The position numbers were made by a program, and so were the translations under genes. A model generated the notes under the pieces. It worked only from the letters and a program-made list of their open reading frames with translations. It was not told the origin of the DNA and searched no databases. A DNA stretch of 57,913 nt, filler included, from Porpidia crustulata (lineage: Eukaryota): assembly GCA_964255105.1 (NCBI GenBank). It is 6 parts of 6 records of this genome, joined end to end, with 100 filler letters (N's around TTAATTAATTAA, not from the genome) between each part and the next. Parts side by side here need not be neighbours in the genome. Positions count along the whole stretch, not along the records: positions 1 to 9,576 come from CAXUWE010000916.1; positions 9,677 to 19,248 come from CAXUWE010000917.1; 4 more parts are not named here. The stretch is one strand, 5' to 3'. This document shows, in pieces, positions 1 through 11,989 of the stretch (positions are counted from its first letter, which is position 1; every line of letters begins with the position of its first letter).

Positions 1-448
1 ATCTCGGTGCGTCCTTGGTTCTTGGAGGTTTTTGATCAATTCGTTCAGGGAACAATTATAGATATATGAATTTGACGATAGCTATTGCTTCATCATCTAT
101 CGTACTTAGAATGTGATTCAAATCTTCAAAGACGTCGATTTTGTACTTTAACCTCTCGATCTCATATCCCTTTACACGACGGCAGCTATCTACGCTCGGA
201 GCTGTAGACCTTGGCTTCAAGCCCCGGAATTCTCGCACAAAGCCTGTCCTTTAGTGAATATCTCTTTGAGAAACGATCCTCTATATTTCTACAGAGAATC
301 CTTCTCGTTTCGTCCAAGTCTGCAGGGCTTTATGATCCTTTGCTGCAGTATCAATCTCTGTACAAGCCTGCTTCTCTTCGCAAGAATTGTCGAATTGATG
401 CTCTAAAACCGAAAAACTTTTCTTCCGAGATCCGACGAATTTCCGTAG

Positions 449-2396
449 AAGTCTCAAGTCCTTCAAGGAGCAGCAAATAGTAAAATTCGCGTTGCGGAAT
501 GGGTGAACACTCTGGAGTCTATACGCCGAGACCAGCGACTTTCGGATCCCTCAGACATAGTCTCCAACTTCCCCTCCATCTTCTCTGGGGACGAAGCTCA
601 TACCGTCGTGACGAGCGCAACTTCTGCACAACGTGCTGTGCAGGAGCGCGAGGCTTTTGATGAGGAAGGGGACGACTCTGACAATGATTTGGACACTGAT
701 CTTGCCAAAGCAGCGCTAGACACCGGCACAAAAGCTTTTGAAGCGCAAGATTGGGAGGAGGCCGATTCTTTTCTTCAAGAAGCTCTACGAGTACTACAGC
801 AGCTTCCAAAGCAACAGCGATCATTCTGCGACATCTTTGGCCTCCAGTATAAACTTGCTGTCTGTGCGTATCATATCCAAGAGCCTGCGGATGCCGAAGA
901 AGCCCTCATGAGCCTGATCCAACAGTCAGCGAGCTCCGATGAACAACGTAGGTACATCTACGACGTGGCACACCTACTGTCGCATTTGTACATCCGCATG
1001 GGCCAGATTGACCGTGCACGATCTGAATGTGAGAAAGCTTTACAGGCCCGAAGGCGGTTACTGGGTAAGCGGAGCGACGCCTCGTTGGAGTCAACACCAC
1101 TCATGACACACATATATATCTTGCTCAACAACCGTGCTCGTGCTAAATCATACCTCGCCATGATCCCAGAAGCACGCAGAGACGCCTTCCTAAAAATTGT
1201 CGAAGGGTCACTGGGCACGAAGGTGGAGCATCTTGATTCTTCGTTACTACTGACTCGGTCGATCTCTGGAGACTCAAATCTGGCAGTAAAGCGCACTCAG
1301 AGCAGGCTCTCCGCATGCTCTCTCGCGCAGCCCATGGTAGACCGTTGTTACGGCCCTGTATCTGCGATGATCCTCGCAATCACCAGCTGCTAGTCTTCGG
1401 CAACCACATCGATGCATCTCGTCAATCAAAGTGGATTTTGAGGATCTGCAGTCCGTCAAGATGACATCTTTTTCATCGGTAGAGGAAAGACGCAAGTCGA
1501 GAGCCACGGACAAAGAGAGCGCGAATAAAAAATACTCTGCAGACCCGGAAACACTTGGTGCCGCAGCACTGAGCCTGGGCGAATCTTCAGAGGCAAATGA
1601 AACCTTCAAGGGCAAAACCCTGTCACGGAAGGAGATACTCGACAAGATTGGATGTCAGCCCAAAGATCGAATCGAAGACGCTGTCTGCGACGGTGACCAT
1701 TCAGCTTTCGCCAGTCTTCTTGACAAACAAAAAGATTTTTGGCGGTCAAGGTTGCGCAAGCGCGTCCGTCCAGAACGCGTGACAGCGCTGCACTTCGCCG
1801 CACTCTTTGGCGAGATTGATATGGCGCGGCGCCTTCTAAGCTCAAATTTCAACATCAACGAAGTCCCGTATGAATACTCAACAAGACTTACCCTCTTGAA
1901 GTTTGCTATTGGCGCCCGACAAGTGGATATGGTCAAGTTTCTGATTGCAAATGGCGCCAAGCCGTTTGAGCCCGATTCAGGGTCGACTTTAGCTGGGCAA
2001 TTGATGAACCGCTCATGGTTGATGAAAACCATGTCGGAGGCTGAGAAAGAATATGTTCCAAACCAAATAATTGCGATCTTCAAGATCTTACTCAAGCACG
2101 AGTGGAACGTGAACGCGCCGTTCGAAACATCCGGCGGAACGGTACTTCATCAGGCTGTCACTTTTTGGACAGGTTCATATAGGTGGTATCTAAATCTCCG
2201 CGCCGCCATAATTTCCTTCCTGTGCGAATGCGGTGCAGATCCTTTCCAAGCAAATATGGAAGGGAAGACGCCCTACGACATGGCTTTGACTGCCGGTCAT
2301 CAAGAACTCTTGCTGGTTCTCGATCGAGGCTCAGAAAAGAAAACACAAGAAGATGGGCCAGCGGAGCTTTCCAGTGAGCTTAGTGGTACGGGATGA
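449..2396 (+). pseudogene. TPR-like helical repeat + ankyrin repeat protein, split by a +1 frameshift near 1372; no ATG start seen
   Basis: The frame is open from 449 (after TAG 446-448) through ORF 503..1393, with TPR-like helices (AKAALDTGTKAFEAQDWEEADSFLQEALRV; RARSECEKALQARRRLLG). Removing one C in 'atgatcctcgcaa' (~1372) joins it in frame via SQSPAASLRQPHRCISSIKV to ORF 1431..2396. That ORF has ankyrin repeats (TALHFAALFGEIDMARRLL; GGTVLHQAV; GKTPYDMA). Confidence 0.7.
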
Positions 2397-2742
2397 ACGG
2401 TAGAAATGGCATAAAGGTCACCATCGACAACTGTCACCATAACATAGCATTCTTTCCGAGTGGTATACCACGACTAAGCTATCGTATGAATGGTAGTCAC
2501 CTGGTCAATGGTATTGGGTGGAACTTCTAGTGTTTGGTATGGTATGAGATCCCATACCATTACCACCATACGATTAAGCTCACTAGAGTTTTCCGACCAG
2601 AACCATAGCTGAGGCGTACATCCGATCAGGTAGCCCGACAGCAGGTCGAAGAAGCGGATGCAGTGGGACCATGGCCCAACGACACGCGACAAATCCAGTG
2701 AGACCAAACTTGTGTTGCTAAGTAGACACTAGGTGCTTAATA

Positions 2743-3948
2743 TTAGCGCTCCCAAATGTAATCCTTTTCTTGAAGCTCAGCGATGAAGGTATCTACTGAG
2801 GTATGATTTGAGGACATTGGCACACTGATTTGAAGCGCTCGGGCTAAATAAGGTCATACCCAGCTGAGCGAATTGCATTGTTGTCAATTTGCTGCTCGTC
2901 CAAGCCGAACTATCTGCTGTACATATTCTGCTATGGGGTTTCTTTTCGATCGTCCTCTAAGATATATGCAGCATCATTTAGCAAATTCAGAGCTTGATGC
3001 TTTACATCGAAAATCGACGATTCAGCGTATCGACCCAAATCTCAACGCTTTGCTTCAGTGCTAGTCCATCTCTAGCATGAGCACCGAGCTCATTGGCGTA
3101 TCAGGCTAAGGCGCTGCCTCGGAGGCAGGTATGTAAGTTGGCGCGGATTACCTGTGGATCCTTGGTCATGGTGGCATATTGGGCTTACTCCGCAAAAAGA
3201 TGAACATCGCGATGTATAAGCTCTTGCCCTACTGTCATCAAAGCGCCTATTCCAAAGGAATCGTCCAGATGTGGATTGAGCAGGCCGGTTTCCTGATATT
3301 TGGATTTGGAATGATGGTTTGTCATAGGCGGTGTAGAGCGGAGTTGCTGATAGGGCTGGTTATGGTAATATAGCTGCTGAGGCTACCGCTCCCGCTGATA
3401 GGGTTGGTGTCGGTGTTGATTTGGGGTCCTAAACATCGGCTAGGGAAGGGGAGCTTGATCAGGCTGTTGCCTAGGAAGTGCGGTATTCAACCTCTCATCG
3501 AGCCTTTCAACGATGAGTCAGATACCTCCCATTATCGCCCGCATGACGTTGAATTTCGTATCTAAGCCTCTTATGTTTTGATTCAATTCCTGACTCTGAG
3601 CTTGTAATTCGTGAAGCCTTGGATTCTGCTGCTCATAAATATCATCTATGTGCCCGTACATATCTGGTCCATATTGACGTCCCTTATTGATTCTTTCAAT
3701 GATCGCTGGCAGGAGATCTTTAATCTTCTCTTTGGGCGTTAGAGGAGCAGTTTGGTGCTCGGTGGTGACCTCAAGCATAGTTTTCCGTGTTCATGTTTAG
3801 AGCGATGTGTGGAAGGAGGTGTAGGAGCGAATGAGAGAGCTCTTAGCGAGCTAGGTGACTCGCTGCTATTGTCTTTCAACGTCAGATCGTTGACTGCTTC
3901 AACAAGCTCTTCAGTCACTGCCAACGCTTCTCCTGATGGTCGGATCAT
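2743..3948 (-). mobile_element. Degenerate LTR-retrotransposon (Ty3/Gypsy-like) gag relic
   Basis: Manual minus-strand translation of 3298..2743 gives GALMTVGQELIHRDVHLFAE*AQYATMTKDPQVIRANLHTCLRGSALA*YANEL...WVDTLNRRF, then after frameshifts QALNLLNDAAYILEDDRK and AEYVQQIVRLGRAAN*...SVDTFIAELQEKDYIWER*. I recognise this as the capsid pattern of Pezizomycotina Gypsy gag proteins. ORFs 3518..3948 are tentatively the gag N-terminus. No pol or LTR was recognised. Confidence 0.7.
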
Positions 3949-5214
3949 GTTGAGAGGCTCTAGGGTGATCCTTGGCTTTGCCTGGCGGAAGGGGCAAAGG
4001 CGGTGTGAGGAGGACGACGGGAGAGTAAGCTGCTGTTTCTGGGAGCTGAGTGACTAGATATGAAGATCTAGCTGGTAGTAGAATTTCATGCTACCCTTTA
4101 TCACGGCACTACCATAAAGGATAGTTCATGATTGATTTATTGAAGGGTAAAAACATGGTGATGGTCTAAAATCTAGGTGAGTGAAATTTAACATTGGTGG
4201 GCGATCAGCCTTAGAGCCGGGTAGGCTAGGTGCCTCGGCACCTGGTTAAAAAAGAGGAAGCATAAGCGGCGGCCTAGGGAAGCCCCACCAATTTTATGCC
4301 TCACTCTAATCGTACTCAATTCGATAAACTGCTCTTTATCATGCGTCTCATCAAGTCTCTCCATTGAAAACCACTGACAAGATTCTCAGGCCAGATGCTT
4401 CGAAAAGACCGCTCATTGAAATTATAGAACGACTACACTATTAAACTGATTCGTGACAGCTGCTGAGCAACAACAGTCAGTAAGACATATATATCGATAA
4501 AAAATCTGTCAAGTTCATGACCTGACCGAGTTCGAGAGAAGTCATCGCCGGACGAAGAGATCATGACAAAATGATGGATTTGATAGGAATTGATCGATTT
4601 TTGATAATGGTTCTATTAGGATCTTAGCTAACTAGCGACGAAACCCTCATTATCTAGACCAGATCTATCTATTTACCCATCGTTTGTACCTTCATCCCAC
4701 CAAAACACCATTGTATCAGCTTGATCTAAGTTCTCAAATCCCCATCCGATCGAACCTCCTACATTAATTTCTTGAAGGGGACGCAGAATCAACGAGCCTC
4801 GCGGCTTTATAAAGGGTCAGTTCAAAACAGACGATTTACCCCATATCGATTATATCATCCTTTATGAGAATTGTCTCGAAGGATTATCCAATCAAAGAAG
4901 AAGAACGACGGGCCTCGCTTGGTGAAGCTTTCTATGTTACTATTTGACGATTCATTTTGCCTGGTGGCTCCACAAAAGCAAGATCAGGATTGCTAGAGAA
5001 AACGACTTGTTGACACAGGAGTGAATTGTGCATTGGGCGAAGAGACAGGATAGTAGCAGGAATGCTGGTGGTTTGTGGATCATTGCTGGAACGGTTTGTT
5101 CTTCATCGCGAGGCTAACTTTTAAAAACACTGCCACTCTGAGAAATAGTCCAAGCTACGTACCCAAAGAGATTCATCACCAAACCGCTCACCACTTTCAC
5201 GACTCAAGACCCAT

Positions 5215-7812
5215 CTACAAATTATCACCATATCCAACATCATAAAACCCCCCATGCTCCGCCCCCATATGATCATAAACCTTACCACCCTCCGCAAACG
5301 TCTTCATGCACACCCAGCACAGATGTGTCCCGCAGACCTTGCACTGCATGTGGTTGCAGCCGTCTCGCTTCTGTATCGTACAGCCGCACTTGGGGCAATC
5401 CCGCGCGTCGTTCTTCTTTTTCCACTCCGCAAACACGTCGTCACCGACGCGGGCGATCTTGTACTGGGCGCAGGTAAGGCCCTCGTGGCTGATAGCGCCG
5501 CACTGGGTGCAGATGGAGGCGAGGCAGGTGGCGCAGGTAAAGATGCGGGCTTCCTGTGATACTTTGTAGACCTGGACGCAGTCGGCTGTGGAGCAGTATT
5601 GGTACTCTGCCGGGTGGGTGCGGATGTGGCGGGTGAAGGAGCGCTCAAGCAGTTGATCGAGTTGGTTGCGGGTTAGGGTAGCTTCGAGCTCGGAGAAAGG
5701 CAGAATGGCTTGGCATTTAGCTCCGGAACCGAGGCACCGAATGGGGATGTTCTCGTCGCCCGAGGAGAGACATTGGTTCACAAAGCACTCCTTGTCGTAT
5801 GAGTGACCGCACGGAGTTCGGTATTCATCTATGATTCCACACCAGCACACAGCGCACGTAGTGGACTCTTCGACATTCAAATGGGGCGAAGATGATTGAG
5901 AAGACTCCTCCTGAAGAACAGCCTTGGCCCAATTGGCATCCTGGGATGATCCATGTATTACAATTGTTTTCCGACTCGTTGTGACGTTGAGACGCACGGC
6001 GGTCTTACCTAATCTTTCAACAATCCTCCTATATCCAGTTTGATGTGCTGATAGAGATACGCTGTCTTCCAGATCAAGAGTGGTAGTGGATGTTGCGAGA
6101 TCATCAATGGTTTTGATTAGGACCGACTCGACAATGGTCATATTTTCCTCGCTCCCATACAAGCTAAGGATACTCTTTTTGGCGTTGCGATAGATAAAAA
6201 CCTCATGTGTTTTTCCAAGGTCATTCAGAAAAGCCATACCTTCTGATTTCAAAAAGAACTCATGCCAAATAATGTCTGTGGCCCCTCTTGCCGTATGCCC
6301 ATTGAGGATCTTCTCCACTTTAGCTTTAGCCTTCCCCAGCTCATGAGCAGAACTAGAAATGATGTGTAAGATGGTATAACGATGCGACTGATCTGCAGAG
6401 GGATAAGTTTTTATTTCGAGATAGTCGCTTGTTCCATAGCCTCGCTGTACATTTGCGAGTTCCGATGAGATCGCAGTATGCATAGCGGTCATGATTGAGA
6501 ATTTGGCCTTGACCATATGTGACAGAAATATTTTCGAACCCCCAAGCTGAGGCAGCTTATAGCCATGAAAGTCGGTGATTGCTTTCTTGGCTTGATCCAT
6601 TGTTGAAAAGGACGCAGTCGCCTTGATCTGCGGACCTTTGTTACTGTCAGGCAGAATCCAAGTCTCAACAGTTCCTACTGAAGATAAAAGTATCTGGATA
6701 GCTTGGCCAATTTCTTCGGCACTGGACGAGTACGAAGGATCTCCGAATGTGATATTGCGGAGTTGGCGACTCCCACAAGCCTGCTTTAGATTTTTTGTTG
6801 TGGTAGATGTGTCCAAATTGCCTACTTTTACAAAACACTGCCATGGCTTTACGTCCTTGTTGACGGTTATTCTCCAAGTCGGCATTCTATTCAAGATCTT
6901 TGTATCATTTAGTCTTCGTGCAACGTCTTCCATGGATTGCGTCGAGGAAAACTCCATGGTTGCAACTTTTGAGGGCTGATACCATGTACAGCTAACATTA
7001 CACATTTGCAGGCGTGCTGTGGACGAAGCGGTAGGACTGATAGTTAGAACAGCTCCACCAGGGCCGAATTTGACGAGAGCTCCACCTAAGTCTCTTGTGT
7101 TTGACTCCAAAGCCTTTGTTGATTGCAACGTCTCCTAATTCTGTCAGTCAACTCACAATTTAGTTGAGCGGATTCTCACCTGATCTGGAGTCAAATCGAG
7201 CGACTTGTCTCCTGTATTCTTGACATCATGCTGAAAGCGACATTGGTCTCCATTTTTACATGTCCCACGGATGTAATACACACATTTGACTTGAGCAAGA
7301 GGACCAGAGTTATCAGCCAAGGGAACTGTAGCCAGCGTTTCGATCGCCTGGCATGAGATCTCTTCTTTATCTTTGACATCGTGCCGGAAGCTACAGCTGT
7401 CTCCGCTCCTACAGCCACCCAAATTGAAGAAACGACAGCTAACTTGGGTAGCAGGTTCAGTTGTATCAGACAAGGGCGCTTGGTTAGGCTGATTCAGGCC
7501 ACGGTTCCTGGCTTGCTGGAAATTCGATTCGTGCAGAGACGCTTCTTCACCTGTCTCATCATGTCGAAACCGACACCTCTCGCCGTATTTGCAGGTCCCA
7601 GACTTGAAGAAGCGGCAGCTCACTTGAGCAACAGGGTCCGAAAACTCAGTAGATGGCTTTCTGGCATCCTCTGTTGAGAAGCCATTGATGATTGCGGTCG
7701 CAGATGTCTTAGATTGCTCCTGGTTATCTAATCGAATATGTTCGAAGTGACATTGTGCGCCCCTCCGGCAGCCACCCTCGGTCAAGAAAAACTTACAAAC
7801 GGACATTATCAT
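5215..7812 (-). CDS. CCCH zinc-finger (x4) + RRM-like + RBR (RING1-IBR-RING2) E3 ubiquitin ligase; 2 exons (7812/7806..7180, 7134..5215)
   Basis: Four CCCH fingers lie in ORF 7153..7812. A 45-nt GT..CTGAC..AG intron (7179..7135) joins it in frame to ORF 5215..7128. That ORF has RRM-like segments (FVKVGNLD; ATASFSTMDQAKKAI), RING1 (CAVC..CGHSYDKEC), IBR (CSTADC..CATCLASICTQC..HEGLTC) and RING2 with the catalytic GCNHM motif. Confidence 0.9.
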
Positions 7813-8818
7813 ATAATATGGATACTATACCTGTTACGCGAATGTCGAAATAGATAGAGTAATATGGAGATCGTAAATCAAATCTTATAATAAGCACAAT
7901 CGCCGAGATCTGTTGACACAGTTTATGTGATGGTATATGTGTCATGACACAACGTCTCAAGCTACAGCCGGTATATTCACTATGCTTGTAATGTGTTAAC
8001 CAGATTGTGATGTTGTTACTCCTAAGTTCCACATCCGATGAGCTGTGATTGCTTGCTTGGCCAGGTAGAAGCCTCGTCTGTTCGTCACGGCCAGATTCGT
8101 ATGTCGCTCTGCCACAGCCTAGAGAACTGGTTGAGACATCTAAACTAGAACATGAACTGAAACATCATTGACGTATCTCGACAATTCAGCAGTTCAATAA
8201 ATCAGGTAGTCGATACTGTCAAGTATAGATCGTCACATTATTAGGACAGCAATGGCAAGAGCCTTCTTGCCGATTGACTTATTCCCTCTGCAGTGTTGAA
8301 AGTTAATATATATAATGGATTAGCAAAGAGCAAATTGCGTTCGCATTTTGTCTAATATCAGAATTGTATAAATTCGGTGAGCAAGAGCGAGGGAAGACGG
8401 CAAAGCGAGGAATTGGTCAATAAGTGAAAGAACGATCAAGCCTCGTAAGGTGAAGGCCAGATAAGACACTACACTAGTGCCGGGTAGCGCGGCTGTTGTA
8501 ATGATGGGATTGACAGGACTAGGTAGCTTTTAAACGCCGCGATTCTACCAACATTATTGCTCCTACATATTACTAGAGCATTCGATAACCGCCAGGACTG
8601 AACAAAACAAAATCGAAGCATAGTACTTAGCTGACAAATTGACAGCAAAGACATAAAGCCCATATACATGCAGGAATGCGTGGCGCGTTACTACTCGCAG
8701 ATCATACGCGTAATCAGCCGTCTTCAACCCAGTGGCGGCATCCTGTCTTGTAAGAAATTGACAGGCACTAAGTATCTGGCTCATGAAGTCCGGTGGCGAG
8801 CTTTTCGCCGAAGACGTA

Positions 8819-8846
8819 GGAATCTTCAGGCCGGAATCTTCAGGCC
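8819..8846. repeat. Perfect 14-bp tandem duplication (GGAATCTTCAGGCC x2)
   Basis: Read directly from the sequence. Confidence 0.85.
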
Positions 8847-9576
8847 AAAATGTTGCATGCGGGAGAAAGATTCGATAGAGCTGGGTAACAAGACAGAGCA
8901 CGAACATGAGAATTTAATTGCGAGTAGTGGGATCAGAGTAATTGCTTGTTTAACACATCTGCGGTGTGACAAAAAATATGAAGCAAAGGTACTAGTAAGT
9001 CTGGAATAAAAAGAGCTTTCCGGTCGGGTGCATCTAGATGAGAGGGAAAAGGTCTGCTGTGGCTCAACCCTTTCTTAGGAATCCTCCACATCTAAACATC
9101 TTTTCATATTTTTCGGTCCCGTTGTAACCCAACATATCGACTGCTTTCTCAAAGTATACAGTAGATACCGATACTCTAATCTTCAATGATCTTCTACATT
9201 GTCATTTGTCACGGAAATTCATCATTTACCACTCGTAATCACAAACAACCGTAAAGACGATTCATTAGGCTACGTTATTCAGTCTTTCCATTTCGACATG
9301 TCGCTTCATTCAAGTCGGCAATCAATACGCCTTTCTTTCCACAACATATCGCCATACCCTACGTAGAACTAGTCACTGAAAACTTTTATCCTTCGCCTCC
9401 GCATTTCCTTATTGCACCAAGAAATCGGGTTTGCTACAGCTTCCTTTATTTTACGTTCTTGTTTCGAAGATACTATCAGCCTTAATTTGTGACATTTATA
9501 TCACAAACTACAAACGAGTACCGGCCAGCGATGAAACCCACCTGTACGCGGTGCTGGCTACGAACCTTCTGTTTAT

Positions 9577-9676
9577 NNNNNNNNNNNNNNNNNNNNNNNN
9601 NNNNNNNNNNNNNNNNNNNNTTAATTAATTAANNNNNNNNNNNNNNNNNNNNNNNNNNNNNNNNNNNNNNNNNNNN
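9577..9676. other. Artificial contig spacer (44N-TTAATTAATTAA-44N)
   Basis: Identical 100-bp linker occurs five times; its core has stop codons in all six frames. Confidence 0.98.
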
Positions 9677-9700
9677 GCACATGAAACGCAATCAACACAG

Positions 9701-9716
9701 ACACACACACACACAC
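9701..9716. repeat. (AC)8 microsatellite
   Basis: acacacacacacacac near the contig start. Confidence 0.9.
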
Positions 9717-10805
9717 TACAAATTCTAGTAATGGTCAAATCAGCTCCTTTGTTTCGGGTTGGATTTTATTTATTTCTGATGGTGCACGGCGTGTTGGGCG
9801 GGTTTTGTTGGAGGGAAAGTTTTGTTGTTGGTCTCGTAGTTGGTTGGAATTGCTTGAAACATGGGTTTGTATGGGTGGTGGGCTATGAGCCTCCCAAAGA
9901 AATGCTAGTGTGCTGGTACCTGCAGGCCACGGCGCAAGACTCACTTGCAGACTGCGGCTGTCGATGATCGGACGTCGCGTTTGATCTGCAGGGCAAGCAA
10001 GAAAAACTAATCTTATTTTTACTTGTTCTTTTCGAGGTAAATGTGCGGGAGTGCTGGGTTTCAATCAATCAATCTGGGACGCCTGGATTGGTTTGTTGAG
10101 TGGTTTTGACCGATGACATTGGGCCCTTGTCCTATCGTGATGACTGATGAACGGGTAACTATTAATTTCCGTGGGCTTCCGAATTATGGGTTTTCTCCAT
10201 GACAAGGGTTACGACACAACTCGCTCGAGTGTCAGCAATCAATGGCCATCTGGTGATCCGAGGACAGATAGATACCTACTTCCAGAGCGCACGTAAGTCA
10301 AACGGCGCTTGTCATACCCGCTACGCCTAGGCAAGCCCGAAAACTGCATCTTAGTCAACCTTCGTTTGATCGTCCCGTGGGCTCTTGTGTTTTTGCCGCA
10401 GTCCACGTCTCTGCTACCCTTTTGGTGCTCGCAGAAAATTTCCAACCATCTTGACGGAGGCACAAGAGGAATAGGTAGACCCACATGCAGGGAAGCGTGA
10501 CGAATCAACGGCGGACGGATTCGTCAACGGAGACGGACTGAAATCTAAGGATGACTTCCCCTTTCATGACGAACGTCCACGCGTCCAATCAGGCTGGGAT
10601 GCTCGAATCGTTCATGTTTCCCGGCATTTTGCCCCGTGTGCCTGACTACGCTGCTATGCTGCTATTAAACAGAGGCTTCGCTGGTTTTATCCTCGGTTTC
10701 TGTTCCGTTTCCATTCCTCAGAAATACCAAGTACATTCTTTTTCTTTGCTCTCTGTACATCGATACCCCCTCGGCGCATTTGATATCCAGCCTTGATTTT
10801 CCAAC

Positions 10806-11474
10806 ATGAAATTCCAAAGTCTCTTTGCCATCGCTGCCCTAGGGTCTAGTACCCTAGCCTTTCCAGCGTGGCCTCAAAAAATGTCCAAAGGGGACGAGGG
10901 CGAGGTGATGCCTCATTATCCAATATCAGATATAAAGTGGCAACCGACCGGTATCGTTCCCACGAAGATTCACCATACCGGCGGCTATCCCACCGGCGGT
11001 CATCCAAAAGGAACAGGACATTCCAAGCACACCGGTCCTCACAGTACGGGTCACCACACACACGTCTACCCAACTGACAAACCCATCCTCCCCCGCCACA
11101 AGAAACATCCTCACCCAACGGGCGGCTACCCCATGCCGACTGGTATTTTCCCGATGCCGTCCGGCGGATTCCCCCTCAGCTCTCTCAAGATCGAGCACGA
11201 CACTGAATCACACACGAAGGCTCACCCGCCGGGGGGTCCTTGGTTCGGGAAACGTCATACCTCCGCGCCTTATCCGTACGAAACCGAGGGAGCGGCAGAG
11301 AAAACGGAGGATTGTTCCAGTGAGAAACACGCACACAAGACTGGACACAAGACTGGATACAAGACCGGGCACAAGACTGTACACAAGACCGGCACACACC
11401 CTCACCCAACCGGCGTTAAGCCCACTAAATCTCACCCAATTGGAAAGCCGACAGAATTTCCTATGACTTACTGA
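10806..11474 (+). CDS. Secreted His/Pro/Thr/Gly/Lys-rich low-complexity protein (222 aa)
   Basis: Single ORF with a signal peptide (MKFQSLFAIAALGSSTLA), recurring PTG and HxTG motifs, an HKTG-type tandem array and a KR dibasic site. Confidence 0.8.
   Translation: MKFQSLFAIAALGSSTLAFPAWPQKMSKGDEGEVMPHYPISDIKWQPTGIVPTKIHHTGGYPTGGHPKGTGHSKHTGPHSTGHHTHVYPTDKPILPRHKKHPHPTGGYPMPTGIFPMPSGGFPLSSLKIEHDTESHTKAHPPGGPWFGKRHTSAPYPYETEGAAEKTEDCSSEKHAHKTGHKTGYKTGHKTVHKTGTHPHPTGVKPTKSHPIGKPTEFPMTY
11334..11393 (+). repeat. Coding minisatellite, 5 x 12 bp (HKTG/YKTG/HKTV)
   Basis: cacaagactgga cacaagactgga tacaagaccggg cacaagactgta cacaagaccggc. Confidence 0.9.
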
Positions 11475-11989
11475 TTCTTTGTTCTTGAACTATGGTTGAT
11501 CCATGGGGGCTGCATTTAGCGTTGGACTGTATATTTTGGGAGGATGGTTGTTTCGGCTCACTGCATTAGACTAAACGGGCTTTCTTGAGAAATAAAATCG
11601 ATCATCCCCGGGTCTGACATTATCCATGAAACGTGAAGAGTGGTTGTGTGTTGCCGAAACACCTGGATCAACCTTAAATGTCGTAGCGCACCAAGGCACT
11701 GGTGCAGATCATTGAAGACATGGAGCCAGAACGCCTACACGAAACAAGCCGTCTAAGATGTCTGTTTCAGTGACAGGTTTAAGTCTGGTTTGGTCAGCTC
11801 CGCAACTGATGTGATGAACATCTCCAATTGCGGTTGAGTCTTGATACTAAAGTTAGTGCGAGTTGCAATGGTTCCGGTACACTGCCACACAACGTATATG
11901 TCGCAGTAATTCAGTTTCATGGCCGTCTGACTTTCGTCATACTCAAGTCAAAATAGAATAGTTCATGAATCAATCGATTCATCCTAATC

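Noticed and set aside
1..448. Short ORFs on both strands as the N-terminal domain of the TPR-ankyrin gene or a TE
   Set aside because: All frames are interrupted or uninformative and I recognised no motif.
8469..9009. Overlapping 66-114 aa ORFs around the 14-bp duplication as a gene
   Set aside because: No recognisable domain or convincing splice structure; at most a decayed remnant.
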